Part shown: one piece after another, positions 1-13,158 of the stretch
Layout: each line of letters begins with the position of its first letter
Position numbering within the stretch: the stretch's first letter is position 1
Virus record (IMG/VR): IMGVR_UViG_3300013947_000022
Location: 64,001-128,000 of that record
Origin: a virus
Lineage: Duplodnaviria > Caudoviricetes
DNA length: 64,000 nucleotides
Direction: 5' to 3' (one strand)
Translations under genes and position numbers: made by a program
The notes under the pieces: model-generated
Seen by the model: only the letters and a program-made list of their open reading frames with translations
The model's database searches: none
What the model was told of the DNA's origin: nothing

Positions 1-1146
1 GAAATTGTGATTGAAATAATGGACGAAAATGGAGCTCCTTTAAATCATACAAGTCGAGATGGTTCAACAGGGCAAAAACTCCTTTGGTTTAAAACTATCT
101 GTCATGGGGGCTCTAAACCAAAACTTTGTTATTTTACACAATCTAAAAATTTTTTCTGCTATACTTCTTGCGGAGTAATGAGCTTTTTTGAGTGTATTAA
201 AAGAATTAGAAACGTAAGAGATTCTGATTTTTATAAGGGCGTAATCCTTTATGTCGCTGAAAAAATAGGAATGAAGCCAACTCAAGAAAAGGGTTTCGGA
301 ACTTATCGAAAAGATGATAGAGATGATATGCGCACCCTTGAAGATGGTGTAAGTATTTCTGGGTGGAATGACTACTGCGAGAAATTAAAAAAACAAAACG
401 AAGAAATTAACAATAAAATAATTTCAGACGAAACAATTTTAGACTATTTTGAAAATAAGGTATATGAGGGCTGGTTAAAAGAGGGTATTTCTGAGAAGTC
501 CATGAAAAAATATGGGATTAAATGGTATGAATATCAGAAACATATTATTATCCCTCACCGTAATAAAGATGGACAGTTAATTGGTATTCGTCGCAGAAGT
601 TTAAAGCCAGAAGACAGAAATAATAAATATATGCCTGAATTTATTGAGGGTAAAGATTATGGACATTCTTTGGGGCTAAATCTTTATGGTTTATATGAAA
701 ACAGAGCTGCAATAGAAGACAGGGGTAAGGCTATTATTGTCGAGGGAGAAAAAAGTGTTTTGCTTTCAGACACTTATTTTGGTAAGAACAGCATTGCTGT
801 AGCTACTTGTGGTTTTTCTGTTTCAAATAAACAGGCAAATCTTTTAGGAGACCTTGGCGTAAGACAAGTTTATCTTGGTTTTGATAAAGATTTCGATGAG
901 TTTAATAAAGATGCTGTTATGAAATATAATAGTAATCCTTCTACCAAACGAGACTTTGAGATGTATAAAAACAAAATTAATTCTATTGCTTCTAAATTAG
1001 CAGGAATGGGATTTGCTGTTTATATTATCAAAGATAAAGAGGGAAAGTTAAAACTTAAAGATTCGCCTTTTGATGAAGGTAAAGAAACTTTTCAAAAGTT
1101 ATTTGCAAATGCAGAAAAGTTTGACCAGAAAAAATTGAAATGGTAA
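1..1146 (+). CDS. dnaG: DNA primase (DnaG-like, TOPRIM), 5'-partial
   Basis: Cys/His Zn-finger remnant (CHGG...CYTSCG), IIIPHRN..GQLIG, TOPRIM VEGEKS and GFDKD motifs; frame is open to the window edge. Confidence 0.85.
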   Translation, partial: EIVIEIMDENGAPLNHTSRDGSTGQKLLWFKTICHGGSKPKLCYFTQSKNFFCYTSCGVMSFFECIKRIRNVRDSDFYKGVILYVAEKIGMKPTQEKGFGTYRKDDRDDMRTLEDGVSISGWNDYCEKLKKQNEEINNKIISDETILDYFENKVYEGWLKEGISEKSMKKYGIKWYEYQKHIIIPHRNKDGQLIGIRRRSLKPEDRNNKYMPEFIEGKDYGHSLGLNLYGLYENRAAIEDRGKAIIVEGEKSVLLSDTYFGKNSIAVATCGFSVSNKQANLLGDLGVRQVYLGFDKDFDEFNKDAVMKYNSNPSTKRDFEMYKNKINSIASKLAGMGFAVYIIKDKEGKLKLKDSPFDEGKETFQKLFANAEKFDQKKLKW

Positions 1147-1177
1147 AGGTGATAATTATGTAGACGAGGAAAAATAA

Positions 1178-3229
1178 ATGAAAAAATTACAATGGAAAAC
1201 AAAATTTAATACTTAGTTTAAAGAGGAAGTAGACTTTTTAGATACTCTTCTTGAAAGCTATGGTATTACAGACGTAAAAAGTTTTGTCCATCCTGTTAGA
1301 AGTAAGTCTTTAAATGACCCATTTCTAATGAAGAATATGGATACAGCTATAGAGTTAGTTCATGACAAGCTAAAAGAAGATTGTAAAATTTTAATTTATG
1401 TGGATGGGGACTGTGACGGAGCAATGGCCTCTTCTGCTTTAACTCAGTTTCTTAAATTTGTTAAGCCAGATGTGGAACTGGATTACACTTATGCATTCCA
1501 AAAAGACCACGGACTTACTATGGCTAAATTGGCTAAGTTCACCAAAGACGAATTTGGGTTAATTATTATTCCAGATGCGTCAATGGAAGCTAAGGATGCT
1601 ATTGAAATTACTCGCAATTTTACTGCTCCCATTTTAGTTCTCGACCACCATTTAGTTTCATCAGAGACTCAAGATACTTGGACTGGTGAATGGATGGACA
1701 GAGAAAAAGCAATAAGTATTTATAAAGAAAATCCGACAGAATATAAAACTCGTTTTAAGACAGATTGCTATACTAATTATTGTTTGCCTGTAAATAGTAC
1801 AGATGGAGAATATCCTTGTACTGCAATTTGTGGTGCAGGTGTTGTGATGAAATTTGCGGAAGCTTATTGCGAAAAATATAATATTGACACAGAAATTCTG
1901 GATAATATTATGGAACTTGTTTCTTTGGCTGAGATTGCGGACGGCATGGATAGTGTTCAGTCAGAAGCGAGATGGTATATGCTTGAGGGGCTTAAAGAGT
2001 TCTATTGGCACAATGATTTCATCAAAGAACTTTGTGATAGACTTGCCGATGAAATGCCTTATGGTCGTACAATTAGTTCTATGGGCTGGACTATTGCGCC
2101 TAAAATAAATGGTGTCTTTAGATATGGCACAGAAGATGAAATTATAAATATGTGCCGTGCTATTCGTGGAGAACAAGAAACAATTATTTATAAACCTCGA
2201 CGTAAAAGCAAGAATGACCCTGTTCCAGAACCAGAAGAACACACTCTTCAGTGGGATATGGCGAGAACCTGTTGCAATGTGAAAAGTAGACAAGATACCG
2301 CTGTACGCTCTTTCATGGAGAAAGTAGAGGAGATTATCAAGAAGACAGAGGCAAATAAAAACACGATTTTATTTGTCGATTGTAGTAGCGTAATTGATAA
2401 GAAAACTGTTACGGGACTTGTGGCCAACAAGCTTGCTTCTAAGTATTATCGTCCTGTCGTACTGTTGAGGGCTTTTAGTCCCACAGAATTTGGCGGGTCT
2501 TGTCGTAATTATAGTCAATGTGAAATTAAAAATTTGCGCGATTTTTTACGGCAATGCGGTATTACTGTAAAGGGACATGATAATGCGGGTGGCGTGTTTG
2601 CCGATAAAGATAAAATTCCAGATGCAATCAAAAAAGCAAACGAACTGTTTCCTCCCGAAAAACTCGCTGTGGTGCATCCTGTCGATTGGGAGCTTCCTTT
2701 GTCCGACCTTAAGAAAGAATATATCTCGGAAGTGGCAGACAACTATGCAATTTGGGGCAATTCCGTCCCTTCTCCTACTTTTGCTATTACTGGTATCCGA
2801 GTAAATGCAAGTCAGATTACTCGGTCTGGTCCTAACGGAGCAAAAACTTTCATTCGTTTTAAGGCTAATAATATTTCTTTTGTTAAGAAGTATTGTGCTT
2901 CTGGTGAATTTGACACTATGACGATGAAAGACAGAGTTGGGTTTGGTGTCAGTAAAAAGAATCTTTTGATGAATGTTATTGGCGAATTTCAATATGAAAA
3001 ATATGAGGATAAAAATTATCCTGTTGTGAAGATTCTTTATTACGATGTAGAAGAAGACCTTGAAGCTAATGAAGCTGATAAGCAAAAAATGGCTGGCGGA
3101 GATTGGTCTGAGATTGAGGAATCTACATCTAAAAATAAAAAGGTTGTTGCAAAAAATGCAACGCCTGTTGCGCAAAAGGAAGAAAAGAAAATTGATGCTG
3201 ATGAGTATCGGGACGATTTCTATTTCTAA
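1178..3229 (+). CDS. recJ: RecJ-like DHH-family ssDNA exonuclease; one in-frame TAG at codon 13 (1214-1216)
   Basis: DGDCDG, LDHH, GSCR and GHDNAGG motifs; ATG at 1178 with SD GAGG is in frame with ORF 1328 and supplies the RecJ-type 'LNDPFLMKNM' segment if TAG is read through. Confidence 0.85.
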
Positions 3230-3293
3230 AAAGATTTTAAAGTTTTGAACTTTTGAACTATATATAGGGAAACTTTCTCATAGGAAGTTTCCC

Positions 3294-3322
3294 TTGACAG
3301 ATATATTTGGACGTGATATAAT
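3294..3322 (+). promoter_or_regulatory. sigma70/sigmaA-type promoter upstream of dnaE
   Basis: TTGACA-17 nt-TATAAT with extended -10 TG; preceded by inverted repeat GGGAAACTTTCT/AGGAAGTTTCCC. Confidence 0.8.
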
Positions 3323-3345
3323 ATAGACAAATTTATGAGAAAGGA

Positions 3346-6300
3346 GTGAAGCCATTGGAATTTTATGAGAAGTTTCTAAAAGAAAAGTCTGATAACTTGG
3401 CTCAGATGTTACCTTTCTTTTCTACTCATAATCATACTGAAATTAGCAATTTCCGTTTGAGAGATTGTATTATTAAGCTTGATGAACTTATTAATCGAGC
3501 TGTTGAATTAGGCTACAATGGGATTTGTTGTACAGACCATGAAGCTTTATCAGGTCATGTTCGTTTAATCAAGCGTTACAAAGATTTGAAAAAATGGCGT
3601 AGTATTCTTGATAAGTATGAGACATGGGAAGAATTAGAACAAAAAGAAGATAAAGACGATGTAAAGAAAATAAAAAAGAATATGAAATGGCTTGAAAAAT
3701 TTAGCTCAGATTTCAAGCTGGGATTGGGGAATGAGATTTATCTTATTGACAGACCAGAAGAAGCGGAGAAAATAGTTAAATTTTACCATTTTATTCTTAT
3801 TGCTAAAGATGCTAAAGGTTATGAACAGCTTCGTAGAATTTCTTCTTCTGCTTGGGAACATTGGTTTAAACAGGGAAGAATGGAAAGAGTTCCTACATAT
3901 AAGGATGAACTTGAAGCTATCATTGGTGATGAAAAGGGACATATTATAGCGCAGTCAGCTTGTTTTAGAAAAGGAGCTTTAGTTACTACTTTACATGGGC
4001 AAAAGCCTATAGAAACTATTACAAATGAAGATTATGTGTTAAATAAATATGGAAAATATGAAAAAGTAAATTTCCCTACACATCGTTTTTATAACGGGAA
4101 TGGATTCGAAATTAAAGTAAAGGGTGTAGGAGATACATTAATTTGTACAGAGAACCATAAATTTTTAACAATAACAAATAATAAGGCTCAATATTATTTT
4201 AAAAATCTTTCTGAGGATAATTTAACATGGATTGAAGCAAAAGACTTGTGTGCAATTTATGGTAGTTCAAAACATCAACTGTTATTACCTGTATCAAAGC
4301 AATATCTTTCTGATAAAAAAGTTATAATAAAAGAAGAATGGGATAATATAGCATTAAAAGAAACAAAAATGTCTCATCGTGTAACGCTTTTGCCTAAAAC
4401 TATAACTATTACACCAGAAATGATGCGATTTTTTGGGCTCTTTCTTGGAGATGGTTGGATTAATAAATTATCAGCAAAAACTCATCGAGTCGGAATAGCT
4501 TTTAGCGAAAAAGAATTTGATTATTATTATTCGTTTGTAAAAACTTTAGAAAGTAGTTTAAATATTAAATGGTCAATTAACTATAGAAAAGACCAGCATA
4601 AATATGAAATAAGTTCTCAGTCAAGTGATTTTTATAATTTTATGTATTATCTTTTTGGAGAGTGTGATGCATATAATAAAAAAATCCCCAATAGAATAAA
4701 AAATATTTCACCAGAATATGATAGAGAGTTATTGTTCGGATATTTATTAGCAGATGGGTATTTTAGAATACGAGAAGCTAAAAAAATTAATGTTAATCAT
4801 TCAAAAGAACAAAAAGATTTTCCTGAGACTGGTGAATGGGTAAGTGCTTCGGTATCAAAACAATTAACTCAAGATATGTTTGAATTAGCAACAAGCTTAC
4901 TAATCCCGTGCAATATCACAATTGCTCCTGAAAGAGTAGATGGTAAAGGAACACATCATTGTGAAGCTTATTATTTGCGAGGGACTGGAAAAGTAATGCG
5001 GGGAATTAAAAAAATGCGTTTTTATTCCCATGAAGATGTAAATACTTTATTGTTAGCTGCTATTGATAAAAAGAGATTTATTAATGTTAATAATATTTGG
5101 TACAAAAAAATGTACATTCATTCTATCAAACAAATAAATATGAATGAAATTGTATATTGTTTAAATAATAATTCTCATTCTTTTGTGTGTAATAATGTAA
5201 TAGTTCATAATTGTTTGGGGTCAGAATTAGACAATTTAATTTTACGCTATCTTGAGACAAATGATATTGCCTATAAAAAGCAAATTCATCATTTTATTCA
5301 ATGGTGTATAAAAGTTTTTGGCAAAGAAAATTTCTTTCTTGAAATTCAGCCTTGCGTAATTAAACAAGATGAAGACGGGAATAATTTGCCACATGAGCAA
5401 GCAATGGTTGACCAATTTATGTATGTCTTGGCTGATGCTTATGGGCTTGATGTAGTTTGTTCTACAGATAGTCATTATGGGGCTAAAGAAGATGCAAAAA
5501 TTCACGAAGCTTATTTGAAAGCTGATGATGATGAAAAGGCTTCTGACCGAGAAGTGGCTGCTTTTTATGAGACTGCTTATATGTTTGGTAAGTCTGAGTT
5601 AGTAGAAACTTTATCTGCTTTTCTTACTGAGGAACAAATTTCCAGAGCTTTGAATGGAACAAAAAAGGTGTATGATATGATTGAAACATATGACCTTTAT
5701 CATCCGACAATTGTTCCTACAGATAAAAAGCTTCCTCCATTTAAGTTGCGCCACATATTTAAAGATTGGTATGATAAATATGAATACATAAGCAAATTTG
5801 CGCATTCTGATGATATTCAAGACCAATATTTACTTTATTTGGTAGAACAGGGATTTGACCATCATAATCAATGGGGAGATTCAACTTATCATTTTGCCAC
5901 TTATGATGAAAACGGAAATATTATTGAAGAGCATGATAAGACAGTAACTCAAGAAGAAAAGATAGCTCGTATCAATGAAGAATTTAGTAGTTTTTGGCAA
6001 ATTTCTGAAAGATTAAATCAAAAGCTTTCAGCATATTATGTACTTGTTAGAGGATTAGTGCATGAAGTTATGTGGAAAGTTTCTTTTGTTGGTGTTGCGC
6101 GTGGTTCAGCAGGAGGTAGTTATGTATGCTATCTTTCTGAAATTACACAAATTAATCCTCTAAAATATGACTTGCCTTTTTGGAGACATAGTTCTCCATT
6201 AAGACCTGAGTTGCCAGATTAAATTCATTAGTCGAGAACAGCAGTAATGTTGTTTGTTAAGTCCTGTAAACCTAAATTGCAATAGGGTGTGCAGAAATGT

Positions 6301-9109
6301 GCTAACGGTGAAAGCCTAAAGTTACGACCAAGGTAATACCGTGCCAAGCTTATGCGAAAGCATTTGAAGGTGTAACGACTATGCCAGAGGGCAGTAGGGT
6401 GGATAAATGCTACCACTCGAAAGACGGATACCCTAATAGTTCGGCTAAGGGTAAAAAGATAGTCTACTCCGACTCTTAAATGAGTGTTAAAGTATTAGGA
6501 AACTAACGGTATGAAGGATTGATGTTGACAGCGAGGCTTTAAAGCGTCCTCTCATTTTCCAGAATATGCATGATTATTATGGAGATGAGAATGTTTTAAA
6601 TACTCTAACTTTAAAAACAGAGGGAACAAAATCTGTTATTCAGGTTTGTTGTAAAGGTCTTGGCATAAATAATGATGATGCTCAGTATCTTGCCGACCTT
6701 GTTCCTTTTGAACGTGGTAAAAACTGGTCGCTTTCTGATTGCTTTAATGGCAATGAAGATGAAAATAGACCTCCTCAAGTCGAGTTTATAAATGAAGTTG
6801 CTAAGTATGATGGATTAAAAGAAACTCTACTTAAAATTGAGGGATTGATTTCTGGTAGGTCAATTCATGCCTCTGCATCTTATATTTTTGATGCTGGATA
6901 TATTGCTCAAAACAGTAAAATGAGAGCGCCAAATGGCACAACTATTACCGCTTATAATATGGAAGATTCTGATTATATGGGCGGCCTCAAGGTCGATACT
7001 TTGACCATAGAGATGCTTGATAAGTTGCACAAAGCAATAGATTTGCTTATAGATGCAAAAGTGATAGAAGATAAGGGAAGTTATAAAGCAAATTATGATG
7101 CTTATTTACACCCTGATGTTTTGGATTATAATGACTACAAAATGTGGAATCTTCTTGACCAAAATCAGATTCTTGACGCTTTTCAGTTTGATAGCGCAAT
7201 GGGCCAACAGGTTATTATCAAAACCCAACCTCGTTCTATGCTTGAGCTTTCTACGGCAAACAGTCTTATGAGACTTATGGCACAAGACGATGCTACAGAA
7301 GCTCCTATGGACACTTATCGACGTTATAAAGATAACATTCAACTTTGGTATGATGAGATGGAACAATGGGGGTTGAACAGGTATGAGCAAGAAATAATGA
7401 AAAAACATTTAGGCTCGCTTTATGGAGTGGCTGATACTCAAGAAAGTATTATGGAAATGAGTATGGACCCTGAAATAAGTGGTTTTGATGTAGTTCTTGC
7501 GAACAAATTGCGCAAAAGCGTGGCAAAAAAGAAAAAAGATTTGATTGTTGCTGTCCATGATAAGTTTTACAAAAAGGGTAAAGACTTAGGAACTTCTGAT
7601 GCTTTACTCAATTATGTATGGGGGCAACAAATCAAAAGACAGCTTGGATATTCGTTCTCAAAAAACCACTGTATGCCGTACACGGTCATTTGTCTACAGT
7701 GTATGAACATTGTTAAACGATATGGCTCAATTTATTGGAATTGTGCTTGTTTAATTGTTAATAGTGGAAGTACAGATGAAGAAGACGTTGAGAACAATGG
7801 CGGCGTAAACTACGGACGCATAGCAAAAGCTATGGGTAATATGATGCAACATGGTATTAAAATTGCTTTGCCTGACTTGAACAGGGCTCATTTTGGATTT
7901 TATCCTGATGTTGCAGATGGAGAAATTGTATATGGATTGAAGCCAATTCAAGGGCTGGGAAGTAAAGTTGCAAAAGCAATTATTGATTATGCTCCGTATA
8001 CTTCTTCTAAACAGTTTTATGAAAAGATGCAGCAGTTTAAAGAAGATGCTGATGAAAACAAGTTTGGCGATACAGCAATGATTTCTTTAATTAAAGCGGG
8101 TTGTTTTGATACTATTGACAACAAACCCAGAGAAGAAATTATGAAAGACTTTATTAGGTCTATTTCCAGTCCAATTACATCTTTAAAAATTTCCAATATT
8201 GAAGATATGAAGCGATTGGGTTTATTAAGCGAAGACCAAGTAAAGTATGAATATCGTCTTTATCGTTTTAGAAATTATGTTTTTCAGAAGCAATTTTATT
8301 CTCATCAAACTGGTAAAAGTCCTACCACAGCCTATTATTTTCTTGATAGAACTTATGCCGAACCTTATTTTAAAGAAAACTTCATCGAGTTGATGCAAGA
8401 AAATAAGGATTATGAATATGCAGAAAATGGATTAATTGCCGTTAAGCGTGGTAGTTTTGATAGAGTGTTTGATAAGCTAATGAAAGATTTCAGAGAAAAT
8501 TATCTTTCTTCTCAAGAAATACTTAACAAAATTAATGAGAACCGTTTTAATGATAAGTGGAAAGAAAAGGCACAAGGCAATCTTTCTAAATGGGAATTTG
8601 ACTCTATGTGTTTTTATTATCATCCCCATGTGTTATTAGCGGCAGATATTCAGAAAAACGAGCTTGCTAATTTTGAAGAATTGCCTCTTCAGCCAGAGGG
8701 TGTGGCTACTTATTATTTTAGAGGGCAAGAAAAGATTCGTTTTGGTTTAAGTAAGATTTGCGGAACTGTGCTTGATAAAAATAAAAATAAACATACTGTT
8801 GATATTTTAACTTCAACAGGAGTTGTAACCTTAAAATTTTATAAGGGGCAATTTAGTTTTTATGATAGACAGATTTCTAAAACAAATCCAGATGGAAGTA
8901 AAACTGTAATGGAAAAATCTTGGTTTTCTCGTGGAACTAATCTATTAGTGACAGGATTCCGTAGAGACCAACAGTTTGTTCCTCGTGTGTATAAAGACAG
9001 TGTTTATAATCATTCTTTACAGCTTATTAAAGGTATTGATAAGAATGGTATGTTAGAATTAGTTTCAGACAGAATCGAGGTGGACTCAACCAATGATGTA
9101 GCAGTCTAA
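3346..9109 (+). CDS. dnaE: DNA polymerase III alpha subunit (exons 3346-6219 and 6518-9109), with intein
   Basis: PHP motifs (HNHTEIS, TDHE, TDSHY), RGSAGGS; joining the exons gives the catalytic RPELPD|IDVD motif; SIHAS and GYSFSKNH follow downstream. Confidence 0.93.
3961..5211 (+). mobile_element. Intein (417 aa) with LAGLIDADG endonuclease in the DnaE PHP domain
   Basis: Starts CFRKGALV, block B CTENHKF, LAGLIDADG-like FGLFLGDG and FGYLLADG, ends VHN|C; exteins AQSA|CLGSE. Confidence 0.92.
6220..6517 (+). mobile_element. Group I intron (298 nt, no ORF) in dnaE, inside the PDID catalytic motif
   Basis: 5' exon ends in U (GAT) pairing with intron GTC; last base is G6517; core-like motifs TGCTAACGGTGAAAGCC, AATACCGTGCC, GTAACGACTA, AAGATAGTCT; removal restores frame and the PDIDVD motif. 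Confidence 0.9.
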
Positions 9110-11573
9110 GATAACAGAATCAGATAAAATTATTAAGATTCACGCTACGTTAAATAATGTAATTTTTCCTAAAGGTGGGTTTTAGAATATAGTTGAGCCC
9201 ACCTTCGGGATAGTTTCTTGGACTATTATTACTGTAGATGAACGGAATCCAGAAGAAGACCGTTTTGGCACAATAACAGTTAAGGGAACATATCCAACCA
9301 ATATTCGTCCGAAATCAAATTATATTATTATTGCAAAAGAAGTTGAGCATCCTCAATATGGTACGCAATATGATTTAATTTATTTCAACGAAGAATTTGA
9401 TTTAACCAAAGCAAGTAATCAAAGAGCTTTTCTAAAAACCTTTTTAACTGATAACCAGATAGAAGAGTTCTTTAAAATTTTTCCTAATCCAATTCAAACT
9501 TTGGAAAAGGGAGACCCGAAAGAATTAACTAAAATTTATGGCGTAGGAGATTACATTGCGAATTGTATTCTTGAGCGTTATGAACAAAAGAAAGATGTTG
9601 GGCAGGTATATCTTGAATTAGACGGCATGGGGCTTTCTTCTAATTTTATCACAAAACTTGTTCAAAAATATAAAAATCCTTCCCTAATTGTATCAAAAGT
9701 TAAAGAAAATCCTTATTCATTAATTAAAGATATTGATGGAGTTGGTTTCTTAACAGCGGATGCAGTTGCTCAAAAAGCAGGGTTTAGTAAAACAGATGTT
9801 CGAAGGATTAAATCTTTTATCATTTGGTTTTTGAATAAAGAGGGAGATGAAGGTAATTCTTACATCTCTGCTCAAGAGCTTAGTGCGAATATTTTTGAAA
9901 CATTAGGTTCTCCACAAGAGATAGTAGAGAATTATGATGTTCCCGAAGATGCAGATGGTTCTATTCCTCGTAATAACATTGCTAAAGCAATACAAGAATT
10001 ACAAGATGAGCGGACGATTATTCTTGAAGACGGAGAGCGCAAAGCGAATCGTAGAGTTTATTTAAAGAAATTTTATGAACTCGAAAGAGATATAGCCTAT
10101 CACTTGAAGCGACTTCTTAATGCTCACAGTGATTTTAAGATTGAAAATTTTGACGAAAAAATCAAAAAAGCAGAAGAAGAGCAGGGATTTGAATTTACTC
10201 AAGAGCAGATTGATGGTATAAAATTAGGCTGTGAAAAGCAAGTTTGTATGATAACAGGTCTTGCGGGTTCAGGTAAATCAAGCCTTGTAAATGGTATTCT
10301 TACTGTTTTGAACAATTATACTTTCGCTCAATGCGCTCTTTCAGGGAAAGCTGCTGCGAGACTGCAAGAAGTTACAGGAGTTTCGGGAAAAACGATTCAT
10401 CGTTTGCTTGAATATAACGCTGATGGATTTGTAAGAAACGAAGAAAACCCTCTTACAGAGAATATCATTATTCTTGATGAAATTTCTTTGGTTGGTGGAG
10501 AGATTTTTTTAGATTTGCTTAAAGCTATTCCTAACGGTTCTAAATTAATTGTATTACGGGACCAACGGCAATTACCAAGTGTCGGCCTTCTAAATCTTGC
10601 CTATGATATGATGAACAGTAATCTTATTCCTGTAGTAAAATTGCAACAGGTTCATCGTCAAGCAAAATCTTCTGGTATTTTAACAGTAGCGTATCAAGTG
10701 CGTAATGGTTATCAACTTTATGATGATTATGCTCAAGAAAGTGTAGAAACTGTTGGGGATAAGCAAGATATGATAATTGATGTTTGTCCTGAGAGCGACG
10801 ATGATAGGGATAAAGTTTTAGCTTATTTTGAAGAATATTATAATTCTCCTTTAGTTGGCAGAGACATTGAAAAAATTCAAGTTATTTCTCCTGTTAAAGA
10901 AAGGGGAGATACTTGTGTATTTAACTTAAATCAAGATATACAAGAACTTGTTAACCCCATTGAGCCTTTTAAAAATAATTTTGTCATAAAGAAAAAGCGT
11001 AAGAAAACGGATAAAGATTTAAGTTATGTTATCCAAGAAAATGACAAAGTTATGTGTATTAAAAACAATTACCATGTTTTTAATACATTGGGCGGCGAAA
11101 CAGCAATGTTTAATGGTTGGACGGGAATAGTTAAGGAAATCAATTATGAAAATATGATTATTGATTTTACTTTAGGGGAAGCTCCTATAATTATTCCGTT
11201 GAAAGATGTGGGGAATTATATTATTCTCGGCTATGCGAGTACAGTACATCGACTTCAGGGTAGTTCAGCAGATGTTGTAATTGGAGTTTTGAATTGGGGT
11301 TGTCCTCCTAATATGGCCTCAAAAGAACTCGTTTACACTTTAATTACTCGTGCTAAAAAGAAGTGTATTTTAATTGCAAATACAGGAACTTTAAGAGCTG
11401 CGATAGGAACTGATTCTGTAGCTTACAAGAGAACTTTCTTACCAGAAATGCTTCAAAAAGATTTTTATTGGCTTAGAGCAGAATATAATAAATCAAAAAA
11501 GAAAGCAAGTGATGAGCAGAAAGCTCGTATGAAAGAAATAGCGGAAACTGCGATTCCGATGCCTAAAGATTAA
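9093..11573 (+). CDS. recD2: RecD2/TraA-like SF1B helicase; in-frame TAG at codons 3 and 31; CGG at motif glycines
   Basis: SD GAGGTGG then ATG 9093; N-terminal HPQYGTQY; NPY, GVGFLTAD, Walker A GLAGSGKS, DEIS, L[CGG]DQ[CGG]QLPSVG, YASTVHRLQGS, YTLITRAK. Confidence 0.9.
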
Positions 11574-11597
11574 TTAAATAAAACACAAAAAAAGCCC

Positions 11598-11626
11598 TTG
11601 ACAAACGAGGGCTTTTGTGTTACAAT
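11598..11626 (+). promoter_or_regulatory. sigma70-type promoter overlapping a hairpin
   Basis: TTGACA-17-TACAAT; AAAAGCCCTT/GAGGGCTTTT inverted repeat covers the -35 box. Confidence 0.7.
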
Positions 11627-11658
11627 ACAGACACTAAGATAAAAAATGGTGATATTCT

Positions 11659-11946
11659 ATGGACAAATATTTTTATTCTAATTGTTTCTTTGAAATGATT
11701 AAAGCTAAAATTAAAAATCCTAAAGTGAAGATAATGTATCTTCCAGCTTTTCTTAATGAAGCTCCATGTCCTCATTGGATGTGGCTTGATGAAGAGGGTG
11801 AGCATGATTTTCATTACAGGGGAAGACTTCCTTGGTATAAATGGTTTTGGCATAAAGGACATATTAGGACTGTTCATAGAGGTTGCTATAAAGGTTGCAT
11901 TATGCAAATGATTGAAAAGAAATATTATGAGGGAAAGCATGAATAA
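11659..11946 (+). CDS. hypothetical protein
   Basis: ORF directly after promoter, overlaps next gene. Confidence 0.6.
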   Translation: MDKYFYSNCFFEMIKAKIKNPKVKIMYLPAFLNEAPCPHWMWLDEEGEHDFHYRGRLPWYKWFWHKGHIRTVHRGCYKGCIMQMIEKKYYEGKHE

Positions 11947-12346
11947 GTCAAATATCCCAGCTACTTTTAAAGAAGTTGGTTTCAATGAAAGTTTTCATAT
12001 GGGAAAATCTGAGAAATTTTCTTATTATATAGATAAAGACTTTGATTTTTGGTGCGAGCTTGAGGGAGGAGAAATTATTAAATGTCCTTCGGCTTATCGT
12101 ATTGATGCATTTACTTTTACTTGGTCTGGTTGTCGTTATTGGTATGATGAAGAGACTAAGCGCCATTATTATGTGAATCCGTTTTATGACGGAGAAACAT
12201 TTTATCTCTATGCATATAGTTTTGGAGAACTACTTGAGCTTATTAGGAAATTTGTAGAGCCAAGTGATGAAATAGAAGATGTACTTGATTCTTCTATTGA
12301 AATGAAAACATATAGGAATACAATAACAGAAATTTTTAAAAATTAA
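11939..12346 (+). CDS. hypothetical protein
   Basis: SD GAGG, operon-like spacing. Confidence 0.6.
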   Translation: MNKSNIPATFKEVGFNESFHMGKSEKFSYYIDKDFDFWCELEGGEIIKCPSAYRIDAFTFTWSGCRYWYDEETKRHYYVNPFYDGETFYLYAYSFGELLELIRKFVEPSDEIEDVLDSSIEMKTYRNTITEIFKN

Positions 12347-12358
12347 GGATGAATTATT

Positions 12359-12814
12359 ATGAATCGTGAACAGCGTAGACAAACAGTAAAGAATCTTCAA
12401 AAGAAAGGTCTCAAGAGAGAATCCGCAGAGACTATTGTTGAACGTATGGACTTTACTGAACATCATTTTAGTAGAGATGTTTGGGAAGGTGAAAAGGTTA
12501 AGTTGAATTATGACCGAATCACTCATTATAAGGATTGGAAAATTCTTCGTCAGGAATATCGAGATTTTGTTGAAGCTAACAAAGATACTGTTTTTACAGT
12601 AGAATTTGATGATATTCGCAAGAAGGAAGCTGAGAAGAATGAAGGGTTGAGTGGTCTTTGCCAGTTTGTTGAAGATACCACTCCTGTAAAGTGGCTGTTT
12701 TATGCTATTGACCTTATCCCTGAACCTAATCAGAAGCGTCCTAAAACTGAAACCGAACTTCAGAATGAAGCTTTCTTGGCTCATGTGGATGAAGTTTTAA
12801 AGGGTATTGAATAA
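12359..12814 (+). CDS. hypothetical protein (MNREQRR N-terminus)
   Basis: SD AAGGA; TAATG coupling to next gene. Confidence 0.65.
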   Translation: MNREQRRQTVKNLQKKGLKRESAETIVERMDFTEHHFSRDVWEGEKVKLNYDRITHYKDWKILRQEYRDFVEANKDTVFTVEFDDIRKKEAEKNEGLSGLCQFVEDTTPVKWLFYAIDLIPEPNQKRPKTETELQNEAFLAHVDEVLKGIE

Positions 12815-13158
12815 TGGAAAAAACTGTTGTTGGGGATAAATATGTTTTTGTTACCCCAGAAGAACAAAAATTAGCAGATGATTGTTTACAACTTTTAAGT
12901 GAAGAAGTAAAAAGATTGAATCCCAATTGCGAAAAAATTGGATTTTTGTCTTTTGATGATAAAACTTATGTCGTGCCTGTAAATGGCTATAAACCTTTAA
13001 AAGTAATGTTTGATACGGATGAAGTATGGAAAGTTTCAATAGACCCAGAAAATGAAAAAGAATTAATTGCTGAACGTTTTGCCACAAAAGAAGAACGAGA
13101 AGAAATTCTTAAAGCTTTAACTGTGAGCGGAATTAATTCCTTTAGGTTGGAGGATTGA
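12814..13158 (+). CDS. hypothetical protein
   Basis: Translationally coupled ORF. Confidence 0.6.
   Translation: MEKTVVGDKYVFVTPEEQKLADDCLQLLSEEVKRLNPNCEKIGFLSFDDKTYVVPVNGYKPLKVMFDTDEVWKVSIDPENEKELIAERFATKEEREEILKALTVSGINSFRLED

Noticed and set aside
6566-9109. Separate second polymerase gene (split dnaE)
   Set aside because: The gap has group I intron features and its removal restores PDIDVD in frame
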